Shown piece by piece: positions 1 to 8,682 of a stretch of 64,000 nucleotides of DNA (the stretch's first letter is position 1; every line of letters starts with the position of its first letter). Below the pieces are notes generated by a model. It was not told the DNA's origin. It searched no databases and was given only the letters and a program-made list of their open reading frames with translations. Position numbers and translations under genes: made by a program. Location: assembly GCA_024763215.1 (NCBI GenBank), contig JANTFX010000005.1, positions 4,210-68,209 on the forward strand, in the 5' to 3' direction. This DNA comes from Candidatus Krumholzibacteriia bacterium (GTDB taxonomy: Bacteria; Krumholzibacteriota; Krumholzibacteriia; LZORAL124-64-63).

Positions 1-435
1 TATTTCGTCTGGCTGCTGCTTGGGCTGTCGGGGCCGGCGTTGCTCGGCCTGCTGATCACCGGGAGCTGGTGGGGAGCCCTGGAAGGCTTCCTGTGGGGCG
101 GGCTGGGCCGCATCTTCCTGGTGCACCACGCGGTTTGGGGCGTCAACTCCCTGTGCCACATCTTCGGCAGCCGTCCCTTCGCCACCCGTGAACAGAGCCG
201 CAACCTCTTCTGGCTGGCGCTGCCGTCTTTGGGCGGCGCCTGGCACAACAACCACCACGCCTTCCCCCGCACCGCCGACAACCGCCTGCGATGGTGGCAG
301 TTCGATTTCTGTGGCCTGGTCGTGCGGCTGCTGGAGCGCGCCGGCCTGGCCCGGGATGTCCAGTACGCCGACGAGGCGGCATTCCGGGCGGCAGGAAAAA
401 ACAAGGACACCCCCGACATGGTCATGGAGGGTTGA
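1..435 (+). CDS. membrane fatty-acid desaturase, 5'-partial (C-terminal 144 aa in window)
   Basis: Frame-1 ORF running off the window start. Translation carries the third His box NNHHAFP typical of acyl-CoA/acyl-lipid desaturases. Clearly paralogous to the next gene. Confidence 0.7.
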   Translation, partial: YFVWLLLGLSGPALLGLLITGSWWGALEGFLWGGLGRIFLVHHAVWGVNSLCHIFGSRPFATREQSRNLFWLALPSLGGAWHNNHHAFPRTADNRLRWWQFDFCGLVVRLLERAGLARDVQYADEAAFRAAGKNKDTPDMVMEG

Positions 436-436
436 C

Positions 437-1414
437 ATGCTGAATCAGGAAAATGTCGCGGCCATGGGCAACGTGCAGGATGAAGCTCCCTACACCGTGG
501 CCGGACCCGTCGAGCACCGCAGACTGCGGATCATCGCCGGGCTGGTGGTGGTCGTGCCCCTGCTGGGAACCATCCTGGCGCTGTGGCTGGCGGTGACCCG
601 CGGGCTGGGGGCGGTGGAGATCTGGTCCTTCGGCGTCAGCTATGTCCTGACCATGATGGGGCTCACGGTGGGGTTCCACCGCCACTTCGCCCATCGCTCC
701 TTCCGGACCGGGACCGCCATGCGGGTGATCCTGGCCGCCCTGGGATCCATGGCGGGGCAGGGGCCGGTGATCTGGTGGGTCGCCACCCATCGCCGGCATC
801 ACCGTTTGAGCGACCAGGACGGGGATCCCCATTCCCCGCAGCTTGCCGAAGGCACGGGGATCGCCCGGGTGGTCAAGGGCCTCTGGCAGGGCCACATCGG
901 CTGGCTGTTCTCCGACCGCATCAGCAACTGGAGCCTGTTCGCCCGCGACATGATGAACGACCGCCTGGTCGTCAGGATGCACCGGCTTTATTTCCCGTTC
1001 TTCTTGCTGGGCCTGATCCTGCCCGGGGTGGTCGCCGGCCTGGTGACCGGATCCTGGTACGGAGCTTTCCTGGGTTTCCTGTGGGGCGGCCTGGTGCGGG
1101 TCTGCATCGTCGATCACGTGCTGTGGTGCGTGGGGTCGGTCTGCCACATGTTCGGTTTGCGCCCCTACCGCAAGCGCACCCGGGATCACAGCGCCAACAA
1201 CCTGGCGGTGGCCTTCCTCGGCTTCGGCGAGGGTCTGCAGAACAACCACCACGCCTTCCCCCGCGACGCCTTCCACGGCTTCCGCTGGTATGAGCCCGAT
1301 CTGGGCGCCCAGATGATCCGCCTGCTCAAGGGGCTGGGGCTGGTCTGGGACGTGGTCGCGACCCCCCACCAGGACCTGAAGCGGGCCGAGGACCGCCGCA
1401 CCGAGGCCGCCTGA
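437..1414 (+). CDS. membrane fatty-acid desaturase (acyl-CoA/acyl-lipid delta-9-type), tandem paralog
   Basis: ATG at 437, 1 nt after the upstream stop. His boxes HRHFAH, HRRHH and NNHHAFP, with hydrophobic transmembrane stretches. The longer ORF 188..1414 is an upstream in-frame extension that overlaps the previous gene. Confidence 0.8.
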   Translation: MLNQENVAAMGNVQDEAPYTVAGPVEHRRLRIIAGLVVVVPLLGTILALWLAVTRGLGAVEIWSFGVSYVLTMMGLTVGFHRHFAHRSFRTGTAMRVILAALGSMAGQGPVIWWVATHRRHHRLSDQDGDPHSPQLAEGTGIARVVKGLWQGHIGWLFSDRISNWSLFARDMMNDRLVVRMHRLYFPFFLLGLILPGVVAGLVTGSWYGAFLGFLWGGLVRVCIVDHVLWCVGSVCHMFGLRPYRKRTRDHSANNLAVAFLGFGEGLQNNHHAFPRDAFHGFRWYEPDLGAQMIRLLKGLGLVWDVVATPHQDLKRAEDRRTEAA

Positions 1415-1434
1415 AATTCTTTGCGCCCCAACCG

Positions 1435-1788
1435 ATGGGAGTTCATGACATGTTGGAAAAAGTACTGAATCTGCTGGGCCTCAAGCGCCGGAAAAAGGAG
1501 GTCGTCTTCGACAGCCAGCCGCGCACCGAAGCGGAAATCCATGCCGGGCTGGTGGCGGCGCTGGCGCAGCGGGCGGGCGTCGACCGCGCCGGGGTGGACC
1601 CCACACGGACCTTCGCCCAGCTGGGATTCGATTCCCTGCAGGCCATGAAGTTCACCGGGCAGCTGGAGAAGGATCTGGGCCTGGACCTGGATCCCACCCT
1701 GATGTGGGACCACCCCACGGTGGAACGCCTGACGGTCTTCCTGGCCGGGCAGATGGGGCTGGCCGGCGACAAGCGGTCCATCGCGTGA
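1435..1788 (+). CDS. acyl carrier protein (phosphopantetheine-binding)
   Basis: 117 aa with the Ser attachment motif LGFDSL, acidic overall. Sits immediately before the FAAL. Confidence 0.8.
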   Translation: MGVHDMLEKVLNLLGLKRRKKEVVFDSQPRTEAEIHAGLVAALAQRAGVDRAGVDPTRTFAQLGFDSLQAMKFTGQLEKDLGLDLDPTLMWDHPTVERLTVFLAGQMGLAGDKRSIA

Positions 1789-3557
1789 GGGGGGCAGCGG
1801 CGGCAGACGGCCTGCAGCAAGGGGCGAACGATCTGGGGGAGGTGTTGCGCCTGCGGGCGGCGGCCCATCCGGACCGCCGGGCCTATGCCTTTCTGCGCGA
1901 TGGTGTGAATGAGAGCGCAGCCCTGACCTACGGGCAGCTGGACGCGCAGGCGCGGCGGATCGCCGCGCACCTGCAACAGCGGTTCTCGCCGGGGGATCGC
2001 CTGGTCATGCTGTACCCGCCCGGCCTGGAATTCGCCGCGGCGTTCTTCGCCTGCCTCTATGCGGGCGTGGTCGCCGTGCCGGCCTACCCTCCCCGGCGCG
2101 GAAAGGCCGACAAGAGGCTTGCCTCCCTGGTACGCGATTGCCGGCCCGCCGGCTTCCTGACCGTCGCGGCTGCCGGGGCGGATCTGAAACCCCTGCTGGA
2201 TCCCCTGGGGGCGGCCGCCCCCCTGGTCGTGGCCACCGATGCGGTCGACGGCGTCGGAGCGGGGGATTTCACACCGGTGCCCATCGCTGCCGACGGCCTC
2301 GCCTTTCTGCAGTACACCTCCGGCAGCACCGCGGCGCCCAAGGGGGTCATGGTCACCCACGCCAACATGATGGCCAACGAGCTGGCCATCGCCGCGGCCA
2401 TGGAGCACGACTCCTCCCTGGTGGGCCTGGCCTGGCTGCCGGTCTTCCACGACATGGGGCTGCTGGGCAACATGCTGCAGCCGATCTTCGTCGGCGGCAG
2501 CAGCGCCTTGATCCCGCCCCTGACCTTCCTCAAGAACCCCCTGTGCTGGCCGGCGGCGGTCTCAAAGTACCGGGCCACATCCAGCGGCGGCCCCAACTTC
2601 GCCTTCGACCTGTGCGCCCGGATGGCAGGGGCCCAGGGGCTGCCCCCGGACCTGGACCTTTCCTGCTGGAGCGTCGCCTATGTGGGGGCCGAGCCGGTCC
2701 GGCCCGATACCCTGCGCCGGTTCGCAGCCTGCTTCAAGGGCACCGGTTTCCGGGACGAGGCCTTCTTCCCCTGCTATGGCATGGCCGAAGCCACCCTCAT
2801 CGTCACCGGGGGCCCCAAGGCCGCCCGGCCGGTGACGCCCCGCATCGGCACGCGGGCCCTGCTCGAAGGTCGCGGCGAGCCGCGCCGTTTGCCGGGACCG
2901 GGATCGCGCCGCATCACCGGCTGCGGAAAGGCCGTGCCCGCCCACGAGGTCCTGGTCGTGGATCCGGAAACCCGGGCCCCGTGCGCCGAAGGCGTCGTGG
3001 GGGAGATATGGGTCCGGGGGCCGAGCGTGGCGGCGGGCTATTTCCGCAACGCGGAGACCACCGCCGAGATCTTCGCCGCCGCAACCCGCGACGGCCGGGG
3101 GCCGTTCCTGCGTACCGGCGACCTGGGATTCCTGCGGGACGGCGAGTTTTTCATCACCGGGCGTCTGAAGGACATGCTGGTCATCCGCGGGGAGAACCAC
3201 TACCCCAACGACATAGAGATCACCGTCGAGAGCGCCCACGCCGGGATCCAGCCCGGGGGGTGCGCGGCGTTCGCCGTGGAGGCCGGCGGCGAGGAACGGC
3301 TGGTGGTGGCGGCGGAACTCTCGCGCGCCCTCTACAGCCGGTTGCGGGGCCAGGGCGATCCGGCCGCCGGGGTGCCCGTGGCGGAGCTGGGCGAGGCGGT
3401 CAAGGAGCGCGTCTCCGGCGAGCACGAGATCCCCGTTCACCAGCTGGTGCTGCTCAAACCCGGTGCGATCCCCCGCACCTCCAGCGGCAAGATCCGCCGT
3501 GGGGCCTGCCGCAGCCTGCACCAGGGGCGGAAGCTGGAATCCCTTGCCGTCATCTGA
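1785..3557 (+). CDS. fatty acyl-AMP ligase (FAAL), AMP-binding superfamily
   Basis: Motifs LQYTSGSTAAPKGVMVTHANMMAN, GDLGF and the C-terminal PRTSSGKIRR. The N-terminus ...LRLRAAAHPDRRAYAFL is typical of FAALs. GTG at 1785 overlaps the ACP stop by 4 nt, so the ORF 1704..3557 is an upstream extension. Confidence 0.8.
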   Translation: MRGAAAADGLQQGANDLGEVLRLRAAAHPDRRAYAFLRDGVNESAALTYGQLDAQARRIAAHLQQRFSPGDRLVMLYPPGLEFAAAFFACLYAGVVAVPAYPPRRGKADKRLASLVRDCRPAGFLTVAAAGADLKPLLDPLGAAAPLVVATDAVDGVGAGDFTPVPIAADGLAFLQYTSGSTAAPKGVMVTHANMMANELAIAAAMEHDSSLVGLAWLPVFHDMGLLGNMLQPIFVGGSSALIPPLTFLKNPLCWPAAVSKYRATSSGGPNFAFDLCARMAGAQGLPPDLDLSCWSVAYVGAEPVRPDTLRRFAACFKGTGFRDEAFFPCYGMAEATLIVTGGPKAARPVTPRIGTRALLEGRGEPRRLPGPGSRRITGCGKAVPAHEVLVVDPETRAPCAEGVVGEIWVRGPSVAAGYFRNAETTAEIFAAATRDGRGPFLRTGDLGFLRDGEFFITGRLKDMLVIRGENHYPNDIEITVESAHAGIQPGGCAAFAVEAGGEERLVVAAELSRALYSRLRGQGDPAAGVPVAELGEAVKERVSGEHEIPVHQLVLLKPGAIPRTSSGKIRRGACRSLHQGRKLESLAVI

Positions 3558-3564
3558 AGCCCTC

Positions 3565-4686
3565 ATGAACCCCACCGCCCGGGACAGCTACCACGTGCGC
3601 CGTTTCCGGACCGGCGACCGGCCCGCCATCATCGCCCTGCTGCGGCAGGTGTGGGGGGAGGACTTCGCCGCCCTGATGGACGAGCTGTGGGACTGGAAAT
3701 ACGACCGCAACCCGCACAACCCGCCCGGTGGCCACAACTCCATGATCCTGTGCCGGGGCGATGAGCCCGTGGGTTTTCTGGGCATGATGTCGGCCCGGCT
3801 CAAGGTGGGTGACCGGGTCGTGCCCATGGCCTGGGGCTCGGAGCTGGCGGTGCACCCGGAACACCGGGGCCAGGGGTACCGGGTCTTCGTCAACATCGGA
3901 AAGGATGCCGAGAAGCTCATTGCCGGCACCGCCCGCACACGCGAGCTGGCGGGGCTGCCGCTGGGGTTCGGCGCCTTCGACATCACGCGGATGATCAGCC
4001 ACAAGCTCATCCTGCGTCCGCGCCGTTTCCTGACCGCCAAGACCGGCAACGCGGTTCTGGGCGCGGTGGGCGCGCCGCTGGTTTCCCTGGCGGTCACCGC
4101 TGCCAGCCTGCGTGCACGCGGCTGGTCCGGGGCGAAGGACGATCTGGAGCCGGTGGGTGATTTCGGCCCCGCCTTCGACGACCTGTGGGACGAGGTGGCG
4201 CCCGGATACGCGGTGATCCCCGTGCGCGACCGCGCCTTTCTGCAGTGGCGTTTCCGTGCTTGCCCGCTGCGGCGGCACACCGTGCTGGCCGCCTATCGCG
4301 GGGGCAACCTGCGCGGGTATGCCGTGCTGCGCCGGGAGGACCGCGGCGGGTTGCGCCGGGCCTACGTGGTCGACATGCTGGCTGGCGCCGGGGACAGGCA
4401 GACCTGGGACCGGCTCCTGCGGGGGGCTGCAAGGTACGCCCGCGGTGAGGGCGCGGATATCCTGACCTTCACCACCGCCGCCGCCTGGGATCTGGGCGCG
4501 ACCTTGCGCCGGCACGGGTACCTGTTCCGTTCCCGCCGGGTCTGGATCACCGGCCACGGCGGGTGCCGCCCGGAGTACGAATCCCTGCGGGAGCACCTTG
4601 AACATGCGGCCTCGCTGGTGATGACCCGGGCCGATACGGACCTGGATTTCAACTACCGGCTGGAGGAGGGAACCGATGGGGATTGA
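3565..4686 (+). CDS. GNAT-superfamily acyltransferase, 374 aa with a two-domain architecture
   Basis: ATG at 3565, 8 nt after the FAAL stop. The N-terminal GNAT-like core reads ...AVHPEHRGQGYRVF. Placed in the lipid operon. Confidence 0.6.
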   Translation: MNPTARDSYHVRRFRTGDRPAIIALLRQVWGEDFAALMDELWDWKYDRNPHNPPGGHNSMILCRGDEPVGFLGMMSARLKVGDRVVPMAWGSELAVHPEHRGQGYRVFVNIGKDAEKLIAGTARTRELAGLPLGFGAFDITRMISHKLILRPRRFLTAKTGNAVLGAVGAPLVSLAVTAASLRARGWSGAKDDLEPVGDFGPAFDDLWDEVAPGYAVIPVRDRAFLQWRFRACPLRRHTVLAAYRGGNLRGYAVLRREDRGGLRRAYVVDMLAGAGDRQTWDRLLRGAARYARGEGADILTFTTAAAWDLGATLRRHGYLFRSRRVWITGHGGCRPEYESLREHLEHAASLVMTRADTDLDFNYRLEEGTDGD

Positions 4687-5557
4687 GCGCCGGCCGAGGC
4701 CGGTGGCCTTCGTGCATCTGCCCAAGGCGGCCGGGACCACCCTGCACGGGATCCTGATGCGCCAGTATCCGGCCGACCGCACCCTGATCCTGGACGTGCA
4801 ACGGCCCGGGTACCGGGAAACCCTGGATGCCATCACCGAGCGGCAGAAGGCCACGGCGCTCTGCCTGCGCGGGCACATGCCTTTCGGCCTGCACAGCATC
4901 ACCGGCCGCGAGTTCGCCTGCATCACCGTCCTGCGCGATCCGGTGCGGCGCTTCATCTCCAAGTACCGCAACCTGGCCCGGCGCCCGGAACGCGCCCTGG
5001 AGATGGGCTTCCCTCTGGAGCGGCTGGGCTCCCTCGAGGACTTCATCACCATGCAGGTCGAGCGCAACGCCATGAACTTCCAGACCCGGATGATCGCCGG
5101 CTGGGTGGACCTCGAGGCCCCGCTGTTCCCCTACGCGGAGCCCGTGCCTGACGAGGCCCTGGCGCGGGCCCAGGCCAACATCGAGCAATATTTCACGGTG
5201 GCCGGGCTGGTCGAGAAATTCGACGAGTCGGTTGCGCTCATGCAGCTTGCCCTGGGCTGGTCCCCGGTCCGCTATGCGCGGCGCAACGTGGCCCCGGGTG
5301 CCGGCTCCAGCCCCGGCCCGGGGGGCGGCGTGCAGGATCGCCTGAGCGAGAGGATCCGCAGCCTCAACCACCTGGACGTGCAGCTGGTCGCCTTCGCGAC
5401 CGCGCGCCTGGAGCACCAGATGCAGGCCGCGGGGGAGGAATTCACCCGCGCCCTGGCCGGCATCCGGCGCCGCAGCGGCATGCTCTCGCGTCTGCAGGGC
5501 CTGGCCCGGAGCATGGGGCTCGGGCGGATGGCCCCTCTGGCACGCAGGTTCCGCTGA
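4676..5557 (+). CDS. sulfotransferase-family protein (PAPS-dependent)
   Basis: The N-terminal PAPS-binding P-loop-like motif HLPKAAGTT matches the sulfotransferase 5'-PSB motif. Overlaps the GNAT gene by 11 nt. Confidence 0.7.
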   Translation: MGIERRPRPVAFVHLPKAAGTTLHGILMRQYPADRTLILDVQRPGYRETLDAITERQKATALCLRGHMPFGLHSITGREFACITVLRDPVRRFISKYRNLARRPERALEMGFPLERLGSLEDFITMQVERNAMNFQTRMIAGWVDLEAPLFPYAEPVPDEALARAQANIEQYFTVAGLVEKFDESVALMQLALGWSPVRYARRNVAPGAGSSPGPGGGVQDRLSERIRSLNHLDVQLVAFATARLEHQMQAAGEEFTRALAGIRRRSGMLSRLQGLARSMGLGRMAPLARRFR

Positions 5558-5674
5558 AGGACCTGACCCTCTCCCCGGATCAGAAACGCATGGCCCCCAC
5601 CGGGTTGGCACCAGGGGGACCGTATGCTAGACTGCGGCCTTCTCGCCCTGCGCATCTTTTCCCGGAGGCCCGTC

Positions 5675-7435
5675 ATGACACCTTCCAGCCTGCCGCTGCA
5701 ACCCTGGCCCCTGCGGATGCTCCTGCAGCGCGTCGACCACGAGTGGCGCACGCGTCGGCAGATCTTCAGCCTGGCCGGGAGGCGGTTCTTCCGGCCCGAT
5801 CCGGCGGTGGATGTGGGCTGGGAACTGGATGGGGTGCGCGCGGCCACCCCGGTGGGCCCGGCCGCCGGACCGCACACGCAGCTGGCCCAGAACATCGCCC
5901 TGGGTTGGCTGGCCGGGGCCCGCAGCTTCGAGCTGAAGACGGTGCAGGTGCTGGACGAGCTGGAGATCCCGCGGCCCTGCATCGACATGGAGACCGTGGG
6001 CTACAACGTGGAGTGGAGCCAGGAGCTGCCGTTGCCCCTCTCGCTGCGGGAGTACGTCAAGGCCTGGGTGCTGCTGGCCGTGCTGCGCCGCTGGGAACCG
6101 TTGCAGGAGGTGCTCGGAGAGCCCGGGGATCACTTCTTCGAACTCTCGGTGGGCTACGACCTGCCGGGCGTCCAATCGGAGGCCGTCGGCGCCCTGATCG
6201 CCGGTCTGCGGGATGCTCGCGTCATGATTGACGAGCTGCGCGCCGAGATCGGCGGCCCGTTCGCGCACCTGCGGGATGTCCCGATCCCGTCGCGGATCGT
6301 GCGCACCGCGACCATCAGCACCTTCCACGGGTGCCCGCCCGACCAGGTCGAGACCATCGTCCGGCACCTGATGACCGCCCACGGCCTGGATGTCACCGTG
6401 AAGCTGAACCCGACTCTGCTGGGCCTGACGAAGGTGCGGGAGATCCTGCACGACCGTTTGGGCTACCGGGACATCGCCCTTTCGCCCGAGGCCTTCGCGC
6501 AGGATATGCAGTTCGACCAGGCTCTGGAGATGATCGCACGGTTGCAGGAATTCGCCGGCCGCAGCGGGCGGCGTTTCGGCATCAAGCTGACCAACACCCT
6601 GGTGGTCGAGAACCGGCGCGGGGTCATGCCGGGCAAGCAGATGTATCTGAGCGGCCCGCCCCTGCACGTGCTGGCGGTCACGCTGCTGGACAGGCTGTGC
6701 GCGGCCTTGCCGGGCGTGCTGCGCCTGGGCCCGGCCACTGAGGCTCCCGTGCCGGTGGCCTTCAGCGCCGGCATCGACAAGGACAACCTGGTCGATGCGG
6801 TGGCCCTGGGCCTCGGTCCGGTGACCATCTGCAGCGACCTGCTGCGGCCCGGCGGCTACGGGCGCATGGCCCAGGGGCTGCGCAAGCTGGTGCGCCACCT
6901 GAAGGACAACTGCCTGGGCGATCTGGCCGCCCTGCGCGGGCAGGTCCACCGGCAGGCCCAGGCCGCAGGCCACCGCGACGCCGTCGCCGCCTACGCCGAC
7001 CGCTTGTCCGGGGCCGAGGGCGCCGACCGCTACGGCACGGCCGGAGGCTGGAAACCGCCCCGCCACCTCGACCATGACCTGCAGGTTTTCGATTGCGTGG
7101 CCTGCACCAACTGCGTGACCGTCTGCCCCAACAACGCGTTTTTCAGCGTGCCGACCCCGCCCGGCAGCGGCCTCGATGCGCGCGAGCAGTACTTCGTGCT
7201 GGCCGAGCTGTGCAACGATTGCGGCAACTGCACCACGTTCTGCCCCGAATCCGGATCGCCCCAGCGGATCAAGCCGAGGCTGTACACCCAGCCGGAGGTG
7301 TGGCGCACCAGGGGCCGGGAGGGTTTCCTGCTGAACCAGGGTGATCAGGGGGTGGAGATCCAGGGGGAGCCGGCCCTTGCCCGCCGCCTGGAGCAGATGC
7401 TGACCCCGGAGAACCTGCCCTGGCTCAGGGGCTGA
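5675..7435 (+). CDS. DHOD/DPD-family flavoprotein with a C-terminal 2x[4Fe-4S] ferredoxin domain (PreA-like)
   Basis: TIM-barrel motifs of the dihydroorotate/dihydropyrimidine dehydrogenase family: PVGPAAG, ELKTV, STFHGCP, DVTVKLNP and SAGIDKD...AVALGLGPVTICSDLL. Two Cys clusters, CVACTNCVTVCP and CNDCGNCTTFCP. GGAGG lies 5 nt upstream of the ATG at 5675. Confidence 0.65.
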   Translation: MTPSSLPLQPWPLRMLLQRVDHEWRTRRQIFSLAGRRFFRPDPAVDVGWELDGVRAATPVGPAAGPHTQLAQNIALGWLAGARSFELKTVQVLDELEIPRPCIDMETVGYNVEWSQELPLPLSLREYVKAWVLLAVLRRWEPLQEVLGEPGDHFFELSVGYDLPGVQSEAVGALIAGLRDARVMIDELRAEIGGPFAHLRDVPIPSRIVRTATISTFHGCPPDQVETIVRHLMTAHGLDVTVKLNPTLLGLTKVREILHDRLGYRDIALSPEAFAQDMQFDQALEMIARLQEFAGRSGRRFGIKLTNTLVVENRRGVMPGKQMYLSGPPLHVLAVTLLDRLCAALPGVLRLGPATEAPVPVAFSAGIDKDNLVDAVALGLGPVTICSDLLRPGGYGRMAQGLRKLVRHLKDNCLGDLAALRGQVHRQAQAAGHRDAVAAYADRLSGAEGADRYGTAGGWKPPRHLDHDLQVFDCVACTNCVTVCPNNAFFSVPTPPGSGLDAREQYFVLAELCNDCGNCTTFCPESGSPQRIKPRLYTQPEVWRTRGREGFLLNQGDQGVEIQGEPALARRLEQMLTPENLPWLRG

Positions 7436-7898
7436 GCAGGCGCTGCAGCTTCTCCAGACGGGTGCGGACGCCCGCCCGGGTGTAGGGGTCTTCCGGGTCG
7501 GCCGGCCGGCCCGGGGCCTCGAAATATGGCTTCTCCTGGTAGAGACGCCCCCAGTGGGCATCGGTTTCCCGCACCAGCTCGGACAGGGCCTCGTCGGTGC
7601 CGAGGACGCGCTCCAGGAAGTCACGGAGCAGGTCCCGGGGCGCGCCGAAATGTCGCGCCACCAGGGGCGGATTGCCGTCCAGGCGCTGCAGGATGATCGT
7701 GCGCAGGGCGCCCTCGGTGTCGGGCAACAGGTTCCGTAATAGCTCTTTGACCTGAAATATGGTTTGATCGTGGGCGGCGACGGGCGAGGCGCCCTTGAGG
7801 GCCCCGCCGGAAGCCCGCAGCAGGGCTTCGTTGGCGTCTACGGTGTGCCCGCGCAGGATTTCATGCTCCGGGGGCAGCTTGTCATCATCTTTGCTCAT
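7425..7898 (-). CDS. hypothetical protein (157 aa)
   Basis: Starts MSKDDDKLPPEHE... The composition is non-repetitive and well mixed, unlike the surrounding GC shadow ORFs. Converges on the previous gene and overlaps it by 11 nt. Confidence 0.45.
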   Translation of the reverse strand: MSKDDDKLPPEHEILRGHTVDANEALLRASGGALKGASPVAAHDQTIFQVKELLRNLLPDTEGALRTIILQRLDGNPPLVARHFGAPRDLLRDFLERVLGTDEALSELVRETDAHWGRLYQEKPYFEAPGRPADPEDPYTRAGVRTRLEKLQRLLSP

Positions 7899-8015
7899 GA
7901 CCTGACCGTAACAGAAGGAAAGCCCGCATTGAACCGGAATCCTGATCCAGGCCGGCCCGCGCATCTGGCCGGCGGCAAGCCGGCCGACCAGGGGCAGTTC
8001 CTGCTCGGGCGGCGT

Positions 8016-8678
8016 GTGCGCCTGCTGCGCGAGCTGGCGCCGGATACACGTGGGCATGTGGTGGATTTCGGCTGCGGCAACGGCGCCCAGACGGTTCTGC
8101 TGGCCGCGTTTTGCGACCGGGTCACCGGGGTGGACGTCGACCCGGTGTTCCTGGCGGATTTCCGGGCCCGGATCACCGCGGCCGGGTTGCAGGGCCAGGT
8201 CCGGGCCGAGGTCCTGGCCGACGGCCGCATCCCCCTGCCGGACGGCGGCGCGGACGTGGTGACCTCGTTCACCGTGCTGGAGCACGTGCCCGACGAGGCG
8301 GCGGCCCTGGCGGAGATGCGCCGCGTGCTACGCCCCGGGGGCCGGCTGGTCGTCAGCGTGCCCAACCGCTGGTGGCTGTTCGAAACCCACGGGGCCGACC
8401 TGCCGTATCTGCCATGGAACCGCGTGCCCCTGGTGAGCTGGTGGCCCAAGAGGCTACACGACCGCTGGGCGAGGGCGAGGATCTATCGCCGGCGGGAGAT
8501 CGTCGCCCTGGTGGAGGCCGCCGGTTTCACGGTGACCGGCACCGCGCGCATGACCGCCCCCATGGATATGATCCCCTGGCCGCCGTTGCGCAGGCTGGTG
8601 CGGGGTGTTTTCTTTGGGCGCGACCGCGCCCTCCTTCCTTTTCTGGCCACGGAGATCCTGGTCAGTGCCGAGAGGTGA
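8016..8678 (+). CDS. class I SAM-dependent methyltransferase
   Basis: Motif I VVDFGCGNG, then acidic motif II and RPGGRLVV. The start is uncertain. GTG at 8016 is chosen so the gene does not overlap the divergent gene. Alternative ATGs are at 7863 and 7764. Confidence 0.6.
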   Translation: MRLLRELAPDTRGHVVDFGCGNGAQTVLLAAFCDRVTGVDVDPVFLADFRARITAAGLQGQVRAEVLADGRIPLPDGGADVVTSFTVLEHVPDEAAALAEMRRVLRPGGRLVVSVPNRWWLFETHGADLPYLPWNRVPLVSWWPKRLHDRWARARIYRRREIVALVEAAGFTVTGTARMTAPMDMIPWPPLRRLVRGVFFGRDRALLPFLATEILVSAER

Positions 8679-8682
8679 TTCG

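Noticed and set aside
40-1414. ORF 188..1414 as a single 408-aa desaturase overlapping ORF 40..435
   Set aside because: The 188 start lies inside the upstream desaturase's C-terminal coding region in another frame. The ATG at 437, 1 nt after the upstream TGA, yields a normal-length paralogue.
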